Shown piece by piece: positions 9,239-18,000 of a stretch of 34,749 nt of DNA. The position numbers were made by a program, and so were the translations under genes. The stretch's first letter is position 1. The number at the start of each line of letters is the position of its first letter. A model generated the notes under the pieces. That model did not search any database, was not told where the DNA came from, and worked only from the letters and a program-made list of their open reading frames with translations. This stretch comes from Pseudomonadota bacterium. Its GTDB lineage: Bacteria; Pseudomonadota; Alphaproteobacteria; Rhizobiales; CALHAX01. The stretch lies in the NCBI GenBank assembly GCA_038523655.1, contig JBCBJG010000002.1, positions 1 to 34,749 on the forward strand, read 5' to 3'.

Positions 9239-10080
9239 ATATCCAGGACACGACACCTGCGACCGCAGCCGAGCCGGGTGCCGTAAGCAGCGAGCGCCTC
9301 TCGAGCGAGGACCGGCCGGTGATCCTCGATGTGCAGAACGTCTCGCTGTCGTTTGGCGGGGTAAAGGCGATCCGCGATGTGTCGTTCGACATCCGTCAGG
9401 GTGAGGTGCGCGCGATCATCGGGCCGAACGGGGCCGGCAAAACGTCGATGCTCAATGTCATAAACGGCTTTTATCATCCCCAGGAAGGGACGATTACCTG
9501 GAAAGGCCGGGAGCGCCGCCAGATGCGCCCGCACATCGCGGCGACGCAGGGCATCGCGCGCACATTCCAGAACGTCGCCCTTTTCCAGGGCATGAGCACT
9601 CTCGACAACATCATGTCGGGCCGCTCACTGAAAATGAAACGCAACTTCCTCTTCCAGCTGATGCACTACGGGCCAGCGCGAGATGAGGAGATCGCGCATC
9701 GCCAGCACGTCGAGGAGATCATCGATTTCCTCGAGATCCAGTCGATCCGGCGTACGCCTGTCGGCCGGTTGCCGTACGGGCTGAAAAAACGGGTCGAGTT
9801 GGGTCGTGCGCTTGCGATGGAGCCGGAGCTGTTGCTGCTCGATGAGCCGATGGCCGGCATGAACCTGGAAGAAAAAGAGGACATGTCGCGCTTCATCATC
9901 GACGTGAACGACCAGTTCGGCACCACGATCGCGCTGATCGAGCACGATATGGGTGTGGTGATGGACCTCTCTGACCGCGTCGTTGTGCTCGATCACGGGG
10001 AGCTGATCGCCGACGGCACACCGTCAGACGTGCAATCGAACCAGCGTGTGATCGATGCATACCTCGGGGTCGCGCACTGA
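9235..10080 (+). CDS. branched-chain-amino-acid-type ABC transporter ATP-binding protein (LivG-like)
   Basis: Walker A GPNGAGKT, a signature-like LPYGLKKRVELGRAL and Walker B LLLLDEP are present. I trimmed the ORF to the ATG at 9235, which is coupled to the upstream stop. Confidence 0.9.
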   Translation: MNIQDTTPATAAEPGAVSSERLSSEDRPVILDVQNVSLSFGGVKAIRDVSFDIRQGEVRAIIGPNGAGKTSMLNVINGFYHPQEGTITWKGRERRQMRPHIAATQGIARTFQNVALFQGMSTLDNIMSGRSLKMKRNFLFQLMHYGPARDEEIAHRQHVEEIIDFLEIQSIRRTPVGRLPYGLKKRVELGRALAMEPELLLLDEPMAGMNLEEKEDMSRFIIDVNDQFGTTIALIEHDMGVVMDLSDRVVVLDHGELIADGTPSDVQSNQRVIDAYLGVAH

Positions 10081-11039
10081 TGGATTTCTTCTACGCCATC
10101 CTGATCGACCCGTTTGTGCAGATGGCTGCGCAGCCGGACTTTTTCCTCCAGGTCGTGTGGGAAGGTTTCGTCTCGGGCGTGCTTTACGCGCTGATCGCCC
10201 TCGGGTTCGTGCTAATTTTCAAAGCGTCGGGCGTCTTCAATTTCGCGCAGGGCATCATGGTCGTGTTCGCGGCGCTTTCGCTCGTCGGCCTCTACCAGGC
10301 AGGCGTGCCCGCGTGGCTCGCGCTCCTGCTCGCGCTTGGCATCATGGCCTTGCTCGCGATCGCGGTGGAGCGGTTCGTCATGCGCCCGCTGGTCAACCAG
10401 CCGGATATCATCCTGCTGATGGCGACGATCGGGCTGACATACTTCCTGATCGGGTTCGGCGAGTTCGTGTTCGGCGGTGAGCCGAAGACCATGATCACCA
10501 AGGAACTCGGGCTGCCGACGGGATCGACGTCCTTCGAGATCGGTGAGCGCGGGCTGATCATCCTGCAGCACATCGACATCGCAGCGATGGTGATCGCGAT
10601 CATCATGGTTGCGAGCCTTGCAGTCTTTTTCTCCAAAACGCGGATCGGGCGAGCGCTGCGCGCGGTGGCCGATGATCACCAGGCGGCACTGTCCGTCGGA
10701 ATCTCGCTCAACCAGATCTGGGCGATCGTCTGGTTCGCTTCCGGCATCGTGGCGCTTGCGACCGGCATCATGTGGGGTGCGAAGTCCGACGTCTCGTTCG
10801 CGCTGCAGATCGTGGCCTACAAAGCGTTGCCGGTACTGATCCTCGGCGGGTTCACATCGATCCCCGGGGCGATCGTCGGCGGGCTGATCATCGGGATCGG
10901 CGAGAAGCTTGGCGAGCTTTACTGGGGCCCACTCGTCGGCGGCGGAATCGAAAGCTGGCTCGCCTACATGATTGCGCTCGTCTTCCTGCTGTTCCGGCCG
11001 CAGGGGCTGTTCGGCGAAAAGATCATCGAGAGGGTATAG
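10080..11039 (+). CDS. ABC transporter permease (LivH-like)
   Basis: This is a 319-aa polytopic membrane protein. Its ATG shares one base with the upstream TGA (TGATG at 10078-10082). Confidence 0.9.
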   Translation: MDFFYAILIDPFVQMAAQPDFFLQVVWEGFVSGVLYALIALGFVLIFKASGVFNFAQGIMVVFAALSLVGLYQAGVPAWLALLLALGIMALLAIAVERFVMRPLVNQPDIILLMATIGLTYFLIGFGEFVFGGEPKTMITKELGLPTGSTSFEIGERGLIILQHIDIAAMVIAIIMVASLAVFFSKTRIGRALRAVADDHQAALSVGISLNQIWAIVWFASGIVALATGIMWGAKSDVSFALQIVAYKALPVLILGGFTSIPGAIVGGLIIGIGEKLGELYWGPLVGGGIESWLAYMIALVFLLFRPQGLFGEKIIERV

Positions 11040-11042
11040 GCG

Positions 11043-12278
11043 ATGTTCTACCGCGAAGCCGGTCAGTTCAAGACGAGCTATGCCGCCGACCAGGCGGTCT
11101 TTCCGATCCTGCAGGACAAGGTCGGGATCGCCGCGATGATGATCGTCGCGTTCGTGATCATTCCACTGACGGCGAACGATTTCGTCCTGAACTCGATCCT
11201 CATCCCGACGCTGGTGTTCACGCTGGCGACGATCGGGCTCAACGTGCTGCTCGGATACGCTGGCCAGCTATCGCTCGGCACCGGCGCGTTCATGGGGGTT
11301 GGCGCGTACGCCTGCTACAAACTGACGACGTTCTTTCCGGACACGAACATTATCGTCCTGGTGCTCGCGTCAGGAATATTCTCCGCGCTGGTGGGCATCC
11401 TGTTCGGGCTGCCGTCGCTGCGGATCAAAGGGCTCTATCTCGCGGTGACTACCCTTGCTGCGCAGTTCTTCCTCGAGTGGTGCTTCATCCGCATCCCGTG
11501 GCTCTACAATTACAACGACTCCGGCGCGATCGAGGTGCCGCAGCGCCTTGCGTTCGGCGTGATCGCGACCGGACCCTCGGCGACGCCGCTCACGCGCTAT
11601 CTGATCGTCCTCTCGGTCACAGTGCTGATCACGTGGCTGGTTTCGAACCTGATCCGCGGGCGGATCGGCCGGTCGTGGATGATGATCCGTGACATGGACA
11701 TCGCGGCCGAGCTGATGGGGATCAAGCCGCTCAATGCAAAACTCTCCGCGTTCGCGGTCTCGTCGTACATCGCCGGGGTCTCGGGCGCGATGATGGTGTT
11801 CTTCTGGCTTGGCGCGGCGGAGGTCGAGAGCTTCGACATCAACCACTCGTTCCTGATCCTGTTCATGTGCATCCTCGGCGGGCTTGGTAGCCTCATCGGC
11901 AGCTATATGGGCGCCGCGTTCATCTGGGTGCTGCCGATCTTTCTGCGGGCAACGCTGCCGACGGAGCCATGGCTCTGGGCGCTCGCCAACCCGGTCACCT
12001 CACTTGCGTTGGTGGCTGCCGTTGCCGGGCTCATCGCGATCTGGAGCGGGCGAGGGGCCTTGGCATTTCTCGGCGTTGTCGTTGCGACGGCGGTGCTCGG
12101 CTTCGCATTTCCAGGCGGTGCTGCCGCGTTCCAGCTCAACGCCGCGATGGTCGAGCATATCAACTTCATGCTGATCGGCGCGCTGATCATTTTCTTCCTG
12201 ATTGCCGAACCCGCCGGGCTCGCACGGCTCTGGCAGATCGGCAAACAGAAACTTCGCGTCTGGCCGTTCCCCTACTAG
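11043..12278 (+). CDS. ABC transporter permease (LivM-like, with extra C-terminal TM segments)
   Basis: This is a 411-aa polytopic membrane protein that starts 3 nt after the LivH-like stop. It contains the LivM-type core (GQLSLGTGAFMGVGAY). Confidence 0.9.
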   Translation: MFYREAGQFKTSYAADQAVFPILQDKVGIAAMMIVAFVIIPLTANDFVLNSILIPTLVFTLATIGLNVLLGYAGQLSLGTGAFMGVGAYACYKLTTFFPDTNIIVLVLASGIFSALVGILFGLPSLRIKGLYLAVTTLAAQFFLEWCFIRIPWLYNYNDSGAIEVPQRLAFGVIATGPSATPLTRYLIVLSVTVLITWLVSNLIRGRIGRSWMMIRDMDIAAELMGIKPLNAKLSAFAVSSYIAGVSGAMMVFFWLGAAEVESFDINHSFLILFMCILGGLGSLIGSYMGAAFIWVLPIFLRATLPTEPWLWALANPVTSLALVAAVAGLIAIWSGRGALAFLGVVVATAVLGFAFPGGAAAFQLNAAMVEHINFMLIGALIIFFLIAEPAGLARLWQIGKQKLRVWPFPY

Positions 12279-12396
12279 GCGGCGCGAGCGGCAGAACCAC
12301 CGGCTGCGGCGTATGAGCCCCGCGCGCAGCCTTCTCGACAACAAGGCTCATCGCCACCCCGCCATCAGGCGCGGGAGGATAAACAAGGAGGAAGCA

Positions 12397-13734
12397 ATGA
12401 GAATTGCAAAGATGCTGTCAGGCGCTGCGCTTGCGGCACTGCTCGCCGCACCGGCGACGGTGACGCCGGTGACAGATGCCCAGGCGGCGGACGAAATCTA
12501 CGTACCGCTATTGACCTACCGCACAGGCGCTTTCGCCGGATCGGGCACGCCGATCGCGAACGGCATGCGCGACTATCTTACGATGCTGAACGAACGCGAC
12601 GGCGGCATCGGCGGCGTCAAGCTCAACATCGAAGAGTGTGAGACCGGGTACAACGCGCAGAAGGGCGTCGAGTGCTACGAGAGCACCAAGGGCAAGGACC
12701 CGGTGATGTACAATCCGTACTCCACGGGCATCACGCTGCAGCTCATCCCGAAAGCGTCGGTCGACAAGATCCCGATCCTATCGATGGGCTACGGGCTCTC
12801 CGCCGCCGCGAAAGGCGATGCCTTCCCGTGGATCTTCAACATGCCGACGACGTACTGGGGCCAGGCCTCGGCCATCGTCAAATACATCGGCCAGGAAGAA
12901 GGTGGGATGGATAAGCTGAAGGGAAAGAAAATCGGCTTCATCTATCTCGACGTGGGCTATGGCCGTGAGCCGCTCCCGGTGTTTGAGCAGCTTGCGGAGA
13001 AGCACGGCTTCACGCTGACGAAATACCCGGTTGCCGGCAAGGACATGCAGAACCAGTCGTCGCAATGGCTGAGCGTGCGGCGAGACCGGCCGGACTACAT
13101 GGTCATGTGGGGTTGGGGCGCGATGAACCCGACCGCGATTAAGGAAGCCGCGAAGACCCGTTTCCCGATGGACAAGTTCATCGGCGTCTGGTGGTCCGGC
13201 GGTGACGACGATGCGCGCCCGGCAGGTGATGCCGCGAAGGGCTACAAGGCCGTTAACTTCCACGGCACCGGCACCGGCTACAAAGCGATCCAGGACATCC
13301 TCGAACTCGTCGTCAAGAAGGGCAAAAGCCAGGTCAGCGACGAGAGCAAGGTAGGTGAAAACCTCTACAACCGCGGCGTCATCAACTCGGTGATGATCGC
13401 GGAGGCGATCGCAAACGCCCAGAAGATCTCCGGCAAGAAAGTCGTTACCGGCGACGATGTGCGCAAAGGTCTGGAGGCGATGAACCTCACCGCGGACCGG
13501 CTGAAGGCGCTCGGTCTCGAAGGGTTCACGAACCCGATCAAGGTGACGTGCGAGAACCACTCCGGCGGCCACCCGATCCACATTATGCAGTGGGACGGAA
13601 AAGCCTGGAACCGTGTCTCGGATGACATCACGCCGATGGCGGACGTTGTGGGGCCGCTGCTCGACAAAGCCGCCGCCGACTATACGACGAAGAACGCTCC
13701 GTGGCCGAAGCGCACCGAAGAGTGTGTGAGCTGA
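12397..13734 (+). CDS. ABC transporter periplasmic substrate-binding protein (LivK/type I PBP family)
   Basis: The track ORF 12202-13734 is trimmed to the ATG at 12397, which is preceded by AAGGAGGA. The signal peptide is MRIAKMLSGAALAALLAAPATVTPVTDAQA/AD. The mature domain is typical of Leu/Ile/Val-type binding proteins. Confidence 0.9.
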   Translation: MRIAKMLSGAALAALLAAPATVTPVTDAQAADEIYVPLLTYRTGAFAGSGTPIANGMRDYLTMLNERDGGIGGVKLNIEECETGYNAQKGVECYESTKGKDPVMYNPYSTGITLQLIPKASVDKIPILSMGYGLSAAAKGDAFPWIFNMPTTYWGQASAIVKYIGQEEGGMDKLKGKKIGFIYLDVGYGREPLPVFEQLAEKHGFTLTKYPVAGKDMQNQSSQWLSVRRDRPDYMVMWGWGAMNPTAIKEAAKTRFPMDKFIGVWWSGGDDDARPAGDAAKGYKAVNFHGTGTGYKAIQDILELVVKKGKSQVSDESKVGENLYNRGVINSVMIAEAIANAQKISGKKVVTGDDVRKGLEAMNLTADRLKALGLEGFTNPIKVTCENHSGGHPIHIMQWDGKAWNRVSDDITPMADVVGPLLDKAAADYTTKNAPWPKRTEECVS

Positions 13735-13757
13735 CACGCAGCTCCTAGACCAAACGC

Positions 13758-13787
13758 TCCCTCCCCTGCGCGCGCGTAGGGGAGGGA
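13758..13787 (+). terminator. very stable GC-rich stem-loop between the binding-protein gene and the LivF-like gene (partial terminator or mRNA-stabilising hairpin)
   Basis: TCCCTCCCCT (13758-13767) is the perfect reverse complement of AGGGGAGGGA (13778-13787). The GC-alternating loop can extend the stem. It is followed by AATTTATC rather than a clean U-run. Confidence 0.4.
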
Positions 13788-13828
13788 ATTTATCAACGCT
13801 ACTTTTTCAATCTTTCTGGAGGCAGGTG

Positions 13829-14683
13829 ATGGCGGTTGCCGAGCAGATCCCGACGAGTGATGGCGCTGCCGCAGCGGCCGGCACATCCGCAATCCTCAGC
13901 GTCAACAACATCGAGGTGATCTACGACCATGTGATCCTCGTGCTCAAAGGCGTGTCACTCGAGGTGCCGAAGGGCGGGATCGTCGCGTTGCTCGGTGCGA
14001 ACGGCGCCGGCAAGACCACGACACTCAAGGCGATTTCCAACCTGCTGAGCGCAGAACGCGGCGAAGTTACCAAAGGCGAGATCATCTTCGAGGACGGCAA
14101 GGTTCATGCCCTGACGCCGAACGAGCTTGTCCGCCGCGGCTGCATCCAGGTGATGGAAGGCCGACACTGTTTCGAGCACCTGACGGTGGAGGAAAACCTT
14201 CTCACCGGCGCCTACACGCGGGGAAGCGGCAAGGCGGTCCGCGACGACCTTGACCTCGTCTATCAGTATTTCCCGCGCCTCAAGGAGCGTCGGACAAGCC
14301 TTGCCGGATACATTTCGGGTGGCGAGCAACAGATGTGCGCTATCGGTCGGGCGCTGATGTCCCGCCCGCACATGATGCTGCTCGATGAGCCTTCCATGGG
14401 TCTTGCGCCGCAACTCGTCGAGCAGATCTTCGAGATCGTGAAGCAGATCAACGAAGAGCAGGGCGTGTCCGTGCTGCTTGCTGAGCAAAACACCAATGTC
14501 GCGCTGCGTTACGCGAAGTACGGCTACATTCTCGAGAACGGCCGCGTCGTGATGGACGGGACGGCGGAAGAGCTCAGCGCGAATGAGGACGTGAAGGAGT
14601 TTTATCTCGGCGTTGCGTCCGGGGAGCGCAAATCATTCCGCGACGTGAAGCACTACAAACGCCGTAAACGCTGGCTGGCCTGA
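13829..14683 (+). CDS. ABC transporter ATP-binding protein (LivF-like)
   Basis: Walker A GANGAGKTT, signature ISGGEQQM and Walker B MMLLDEPS are present. A GGAGG at 13818-13822 favours the ATG at 13829 over the GTG at 13826. Confidence 0.9.
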   Translation: MAVAEQIPTSDGAAAAAGTSAILSVNNIEVIYDHVILVLKGVSLEVPKGGIVALLGANGAGKTTTLKAISNLLSAERGEVTKGEIIFEDGKVHALTPNELVRRGCIQVMEGRHCFEHLTVEENLLTGAYTRGSGKAVRDDLDLVYQYFPRLKERRTSLAGYISGGEQQMCAIGRALMSRPHMMLLDEPSMGLAPQLVEQIFEIVKQINEEQGVSVLLAEQNTNVALRYAKYGYILENGRVVMDGTAEELSANEDVKEFYLGVASGERKSFRDVKHYKRRKRWLA

Positions 14684-14692
14684 GCAAGCGCG

Positions 14693-14848
14693 CTAGAAGC
14701 ACCCGGCGATGCCTGCCGCGGCGCGCGCGAGGAACGCTGACGGCCCATGCGTCATGAACGCGAGCGCGGCACCCGCCGTCAGCGCGCCAAACGCGATGGC
14801 GGCTGCAGCGACGATCGCCAGTTCCCGGGCTGTCATGTCAGCGAACAT
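14693..14848 (-). CDS. possible small hydrophobic membrane protein (51 aa)
   Basis: The inner ATG of track ORF 14693-14959 gives MFADMTARELAIVAAAAIAFGALTAGAALAFMTHGPSAFLARAAAGIAGCF. Third codon positions are G/C-rich, consistent with coding. There is no clear Shine-Dalgarno sequence and I recognise no homology. Confidence 0.3.
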   Translation of the reverse strand: MFADMTARELAIVAAAAIAFGALTAGAALAFMTHGPSAFLARAAAGIAGCF

Positions 14849-14951
14849 GACGCAAACGTAGCGACAATCTGAGCTGTGCGGAAGACGGATTGAAGGATGT
14901 GATCGTGCGGGACGTCGCGAACCAGGTCCCGACCACGCGCGAGGCACCCCG

Positions 14952-15626
14952 ATGACCATCTATGTTGCACCGGAAGTCGCGGACGTCATTGCCTTGCATC
15001 CGTACCTGAGCGACCCGGAGTATCGGGCGAGCACCATCCGCAATCAACTCGCGCGACAGGCGGAGACCGTGTTTCAGGCGCATGGCCGGCGCGATCCGCG
15101 GGTCCGCATGCAGCTCGGGTCGTGGTGGCCTGGTGCCACCGGGCTGGCTTCGGATGCACTGCTGGACGCCACGTTGATGCTTGATGACGCGCGACTGACG
15201 CTCGCGCGTGAGCACGGTTTTGAGGACTGGGGTGACGTCGAGACGCGCGGGGACGCGGCACCATCGTCGGCATTTGAAGATGCGCTTGATGCCATGCTGG
15301 CCGGTGACGCTGATCGTCTGGACGCGGCGCTCGATGAGACACCGACGCTCGTCACCGAGGTCTCGTCCTTCGGGCATCAGGCAACGCTGCTGCACTATAT
15401 CGGTGCCAACGGGGTCGAGAGCCACCGTCAGACGGTTCCGATGAACGCGCCGGAGCTCGCGCATCTGCTCATCGCACACGGGGCGGAGGTGAATGCGATG
15501 GCGACCATGTATGGCGGCGGGCAGACACCGTTCGATCTCGCCAGCACCAGCGCCCACCCACGCAACGCCGGGATTGCAGACGCGCTGAACGCAGCGCTGC
15601 GCATTGATGGAGGCAACAACCGTTGA
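14952..15626 (+). CDS. ankyrin-repeat-containing protein
   Basis: The C-terminal half has ankyrin-like units (ATLLHYIGANG...; APELAHLLIAHGAEVNA...GQTPFDLAS). The LAREHGFEDW segment is typical of bacterial ankyrin-domain proteins I recall. The stop overlaps the next gene's TTG start. Confidence 0.7.
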   Translation: MTIYVAPEVADVIALHPYLSDPEYRASTIRNQLARQAETVFQAHGRRDPRVRMQLGSWWPGATGLASDALLDATLMLDDARLTLAREHGFEDWGDVETRGDAAPSSAFEDALDAMLAGDADRLDAALDETPTLVTEVSSFGHQATLLHYIGANGVESHRQTVPMNAPELAHLLIAHGAEVNAMATMYGGGQTPFDLASTSAHPRNAGIADALNAALRIDGGNNR

Positions 15627-16327
15627 GACCGCAGGCCCTTCTCTTCGACGTCTTCGGCACGGTCGTGGACTGGCGCACATCTGTCATCCGCGAGCTGGAG
15701 GCGTTTGGTGCGGCGCGTGGGATCACGCGGGACTGGGTGGCGTTTGCGGACGCGTGGCGGGGGAAATATCAGCCGTCGATGGAAGCTGTGCGGTCCGGGG
15801 CGCGGGCCTGGACAACGCTCGACACGTTGCATCGCGAAAGTCTCGACGCGCTGCTGGTGGACCATGACATCGTGGGGTTGAGCGAGGCGGATGTCGCCAA
15901 CCTCAACCGCGCATGGCACCGGCTCGACCCATGGCCGGACAGCGTTGCCGGGCTGGCGCGGCTCAAGTCCCGCTTCGTGATCAGCACGTTGTCGAACGGA
16001 AATATCGCGCTGCTCGTGAACATGGCGAAGAACGCCGGCCTGCCCTGGGACGCGATCCTCGGCGCCGAGCCGGCGCGAGCCTATAAGCCGCAGCCCGAGG
16101 CGTACCTGCGCACCGCCGGTTTTCTCGGCCTCGCCCCGTCGGACTGCATGATGGTCGCGGCCCACAACGATGATCTCGACTCGGCCCGCGCGCTCGGGTT
16201 TCGCACGGCGTTCATTGCGCGGCCAACGGAATACGGCCCGCATCAGGTGAAGGATTTTGCGGCGACCAGCGATTGGGATGTCGTGGCCGATACGATGACC
16301 GGAGTTGCCGACGCGCTCGGCGTTTGA
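15623..16327 (+). CDS. haloacid dehalogenase type II (HAD superfamily)
   Basis: HAD motif I is LLFDVFGTVVDW, motif II is STLSNG, and KP/DD motifs are present (YKPQPEAY, AAHNDDLDSA). The start is a TTG at 15623, with GGAGG 9 nt upstream. It overlaps the upstream stop (TTGA at 15623-15626). Confidence 0.85.
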   Translation: MRPQALLFDVFGTVVDWRTSVIRELEAFGAARGITRDWVAFADAWRGKYQPSMEAVRSGARAWTTLDTLHRESLDALLVDHDIVGLSEADVANLNRAWHRLDPWPDSVAGLARLKSRFVISTLSNGNIALLVNMAKNAGLPWDAILGAEPARAYKPQPEAYLRTAGFLGLAPSDCMMVAAHNDDLDSARALGFRTAFIARPTEYGPHQVKDFAATSDWDVVADTMTGVADALGV

Positions 16328-16353
16328 GCGGACGTCGCGCCGACAAACGCTGA

Positions 16354-17361
16354 TCAGTCCAACAGCAGATGTACGTCGCCCGGTGCCACGTTGCTCCCGC
16401 AGATAATCGTTGCGACGCGACGGCCGGCAAAACGCTTGCGGTCTGTCAGAAGCGCCGCGATCCCGACGGCACCTGACGGCTCGGTGACGAGACCGGCGTG
16501 CCGCATCATCATTTTCATCCCCTGGATGATTGTCTCGTCTTCCACCAGCATCACATCGTCGACGATGCCGCGCATGTCATCCACCGCCTCCGGGACCGGC
16601 ACGCGCACGCCGATCCCGTCCGCGATCGTCTCCGCCTTGTCGCGAACGATCACCTCGCCCTGCCGCCAGGACGCTTCCATGGCATCCGCGCCCGACGCCT
16701 GAACTGCGACCACGTCGGTGGCGGGCGCCACGGCCTTCACCCATCGGGCGATCCCATTCAACATGGCGCCATTGCCGAGCGGCACGACGACCACGTCGGG
16801 CACGGTCGACCCCGCCATCAGCTCGACCGCCATCGTGCCCGCGCCTTCGCAAGACGCAACGTCGAGACCGTCGACGAGCATCACGCCATTTTGCTCCGCG
16901 GTGTACGCAGCGGCCGCATCCTTCGCGGCATCGAAATCTGCGCCTGCAAGCTTCATGTCCGCGCCAAGCGCGCGCATTAGATCGACCTTGAGCGGATTTG
17001 CAGTTTCGGCCGCGAACAGGGTGAGCGGAATATTGCGCGCGCGGCAGGCATAGGCGACGGCCTGGCCCCAATTGCCGGCACTGGCGGCGACCACGGGACG
17101 GCCATCGAATGCGCCTGCATCCGCTCGGGTAGACACGAGGAACGAGGCGCCGCGACCCTTGAAGCAACGGATCGGGTTGGCGGTTTCCAGCTTGAGGGTC
17201 AGTTCGCAGCCGAGCGCGGCGGAGAGCGGTTCGCAGGCAAACTGCGGGGCGTTCAGAAATACCGGGTCGATAATGTCTCGGGCAGCGGCGATGCGCTGCA
17301 AAGAGATGCGATGGCCGGGGAGCGGATCAGTGGGGAGATTTATAGGTGACACGTCGGGCAT
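16354..17361 (-). CDS. PLP-dependent threonine/serine dehydratase-like enzyme (Trp-synthase beta superfamily)
   Basis: The track ORF 16354-17502 is trimmed to the ATG at 17361 (MPDVSPINL...). The PLP-lysine motif NPIRCFKGRGA and a glycine-rich loop PLGNGAM are present. Confidence 0.85.
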   Translation of the reverse strand: MPDVSPINLPTDPLPGHRISLQRIAAARDIIDPVFLNAPQFACEPLSAALGCELTLKLETANPIRCFKGRGASFLVSTRADAGAFDGRPVVAASAGNWGQAVAYACRARNIPLTLFAAETANPLKVDLMRALGADMKLAGADFDAAKDAAAAYTAEQNGVMLVDGLDVASCEGAGTMAVELMAGSTVPDVVVVPLGNGAMLNGIARWVKAVAPATDVVAVQASGADAMEASWRQGEVIVRDKAETIADGIGVRVPVPEAVDDMRGIVDDVMLVEDETIIQGMKMMMRHAGLVTEPSGAVGIAALLTDRKRFAGRRVATIICGSNVAPGDVHLLLD

Positions 17362-17562
17362 TGGCACTCCGCAGCGAAGGTTTTCCCGATCGCTATGGGG
17401 CGGTCGCCCGGTGCGGTCAATTCCTCTGCGTCTGTCGCCGCTGATGAGACCAGTCCACCAACGCAGAGGACCCGCCGATGCGCCGGCAGGTCCCCTCGTC
17501 AATGATCGCCCCGTGTGGATGATCCGGTGTGGTCTACGAGGCGGGATGATGCGGCAGAATGA

Positions 17563-18000
17563 TCAGGCCGCGTCGATGTCAGCTTTTGCCAGCGGCACAC
17601 CGAACCGTTCGCACCAGATCCAGACTTGCGTGAAGGTTGCCGGGTCGAGCCGTGCCGGGATCTCGTAAACCTGCGCGCCGTTGAATGACGTCAGCTTGGC
17701 GTAGATCGTCCCGTCGAGGTAATCGCCGTTGCCGAAAGCGAGCTTGGGGTCCGGGACGCGGCTAAGGTGGAAGTCGTCCGACAGGCGGATGAAGGTTTTC
17801 CCGTCTGCTTCGAAGATCTCGAAGGTGCCGCCCGAGCGCTTGCCGCCGGCGCCTTCGAATTGGCCGGAGTAGAGCGTTGTGGCCGCTGCGGATTGGGCGG
17901 TCGTCTCCGCCGCGCCGGTTGCGGAGACTGCGGCGAAAGCCGCGGCGATGAGCAGGGTGCTGGCGAGCAGAGCTGCGCGGAGAAAATTGAAGGCGGCCAT
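17563..18000 (-). CDS. secreted DM13-domain protein
   Basis: The ORF is trimmed to the ATG at 18000, which is preceded by GAGGA. The signal peptide is MAAFNFLRAALLASTLLIAAAFAAVSA. The mature part (GTFEIFEADGKTFIRLSDDFHLSRVPDPKLAFGNG...) matches the DM13 pattern as I remember it. Confidence 0.7.
   Translation of the reverse strand: MAAFNFLRAALLASTLLIAAAFAAVSATGAAETTAQSAAATTLYSGQFEGAGGKRSGGTFEIFEADGKTFIRLSDDFHLSRVPDPKLAFGNGDYLDGTIYAKLTSFNGAQVYEIPARLDPATFTQVWIWCERFGVPLAKADIDAA

Noticed and set aside
17441-17448. CTGATGAG inside the loop of the 17423-17469 inverted repeat, resembling the hammerhead ribozyme core.
   Set aside because: No GAAA core element and no three-stem arrangement with the required spacing could be drawn on either strand. 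An 8-mer match alone is expected by chance.
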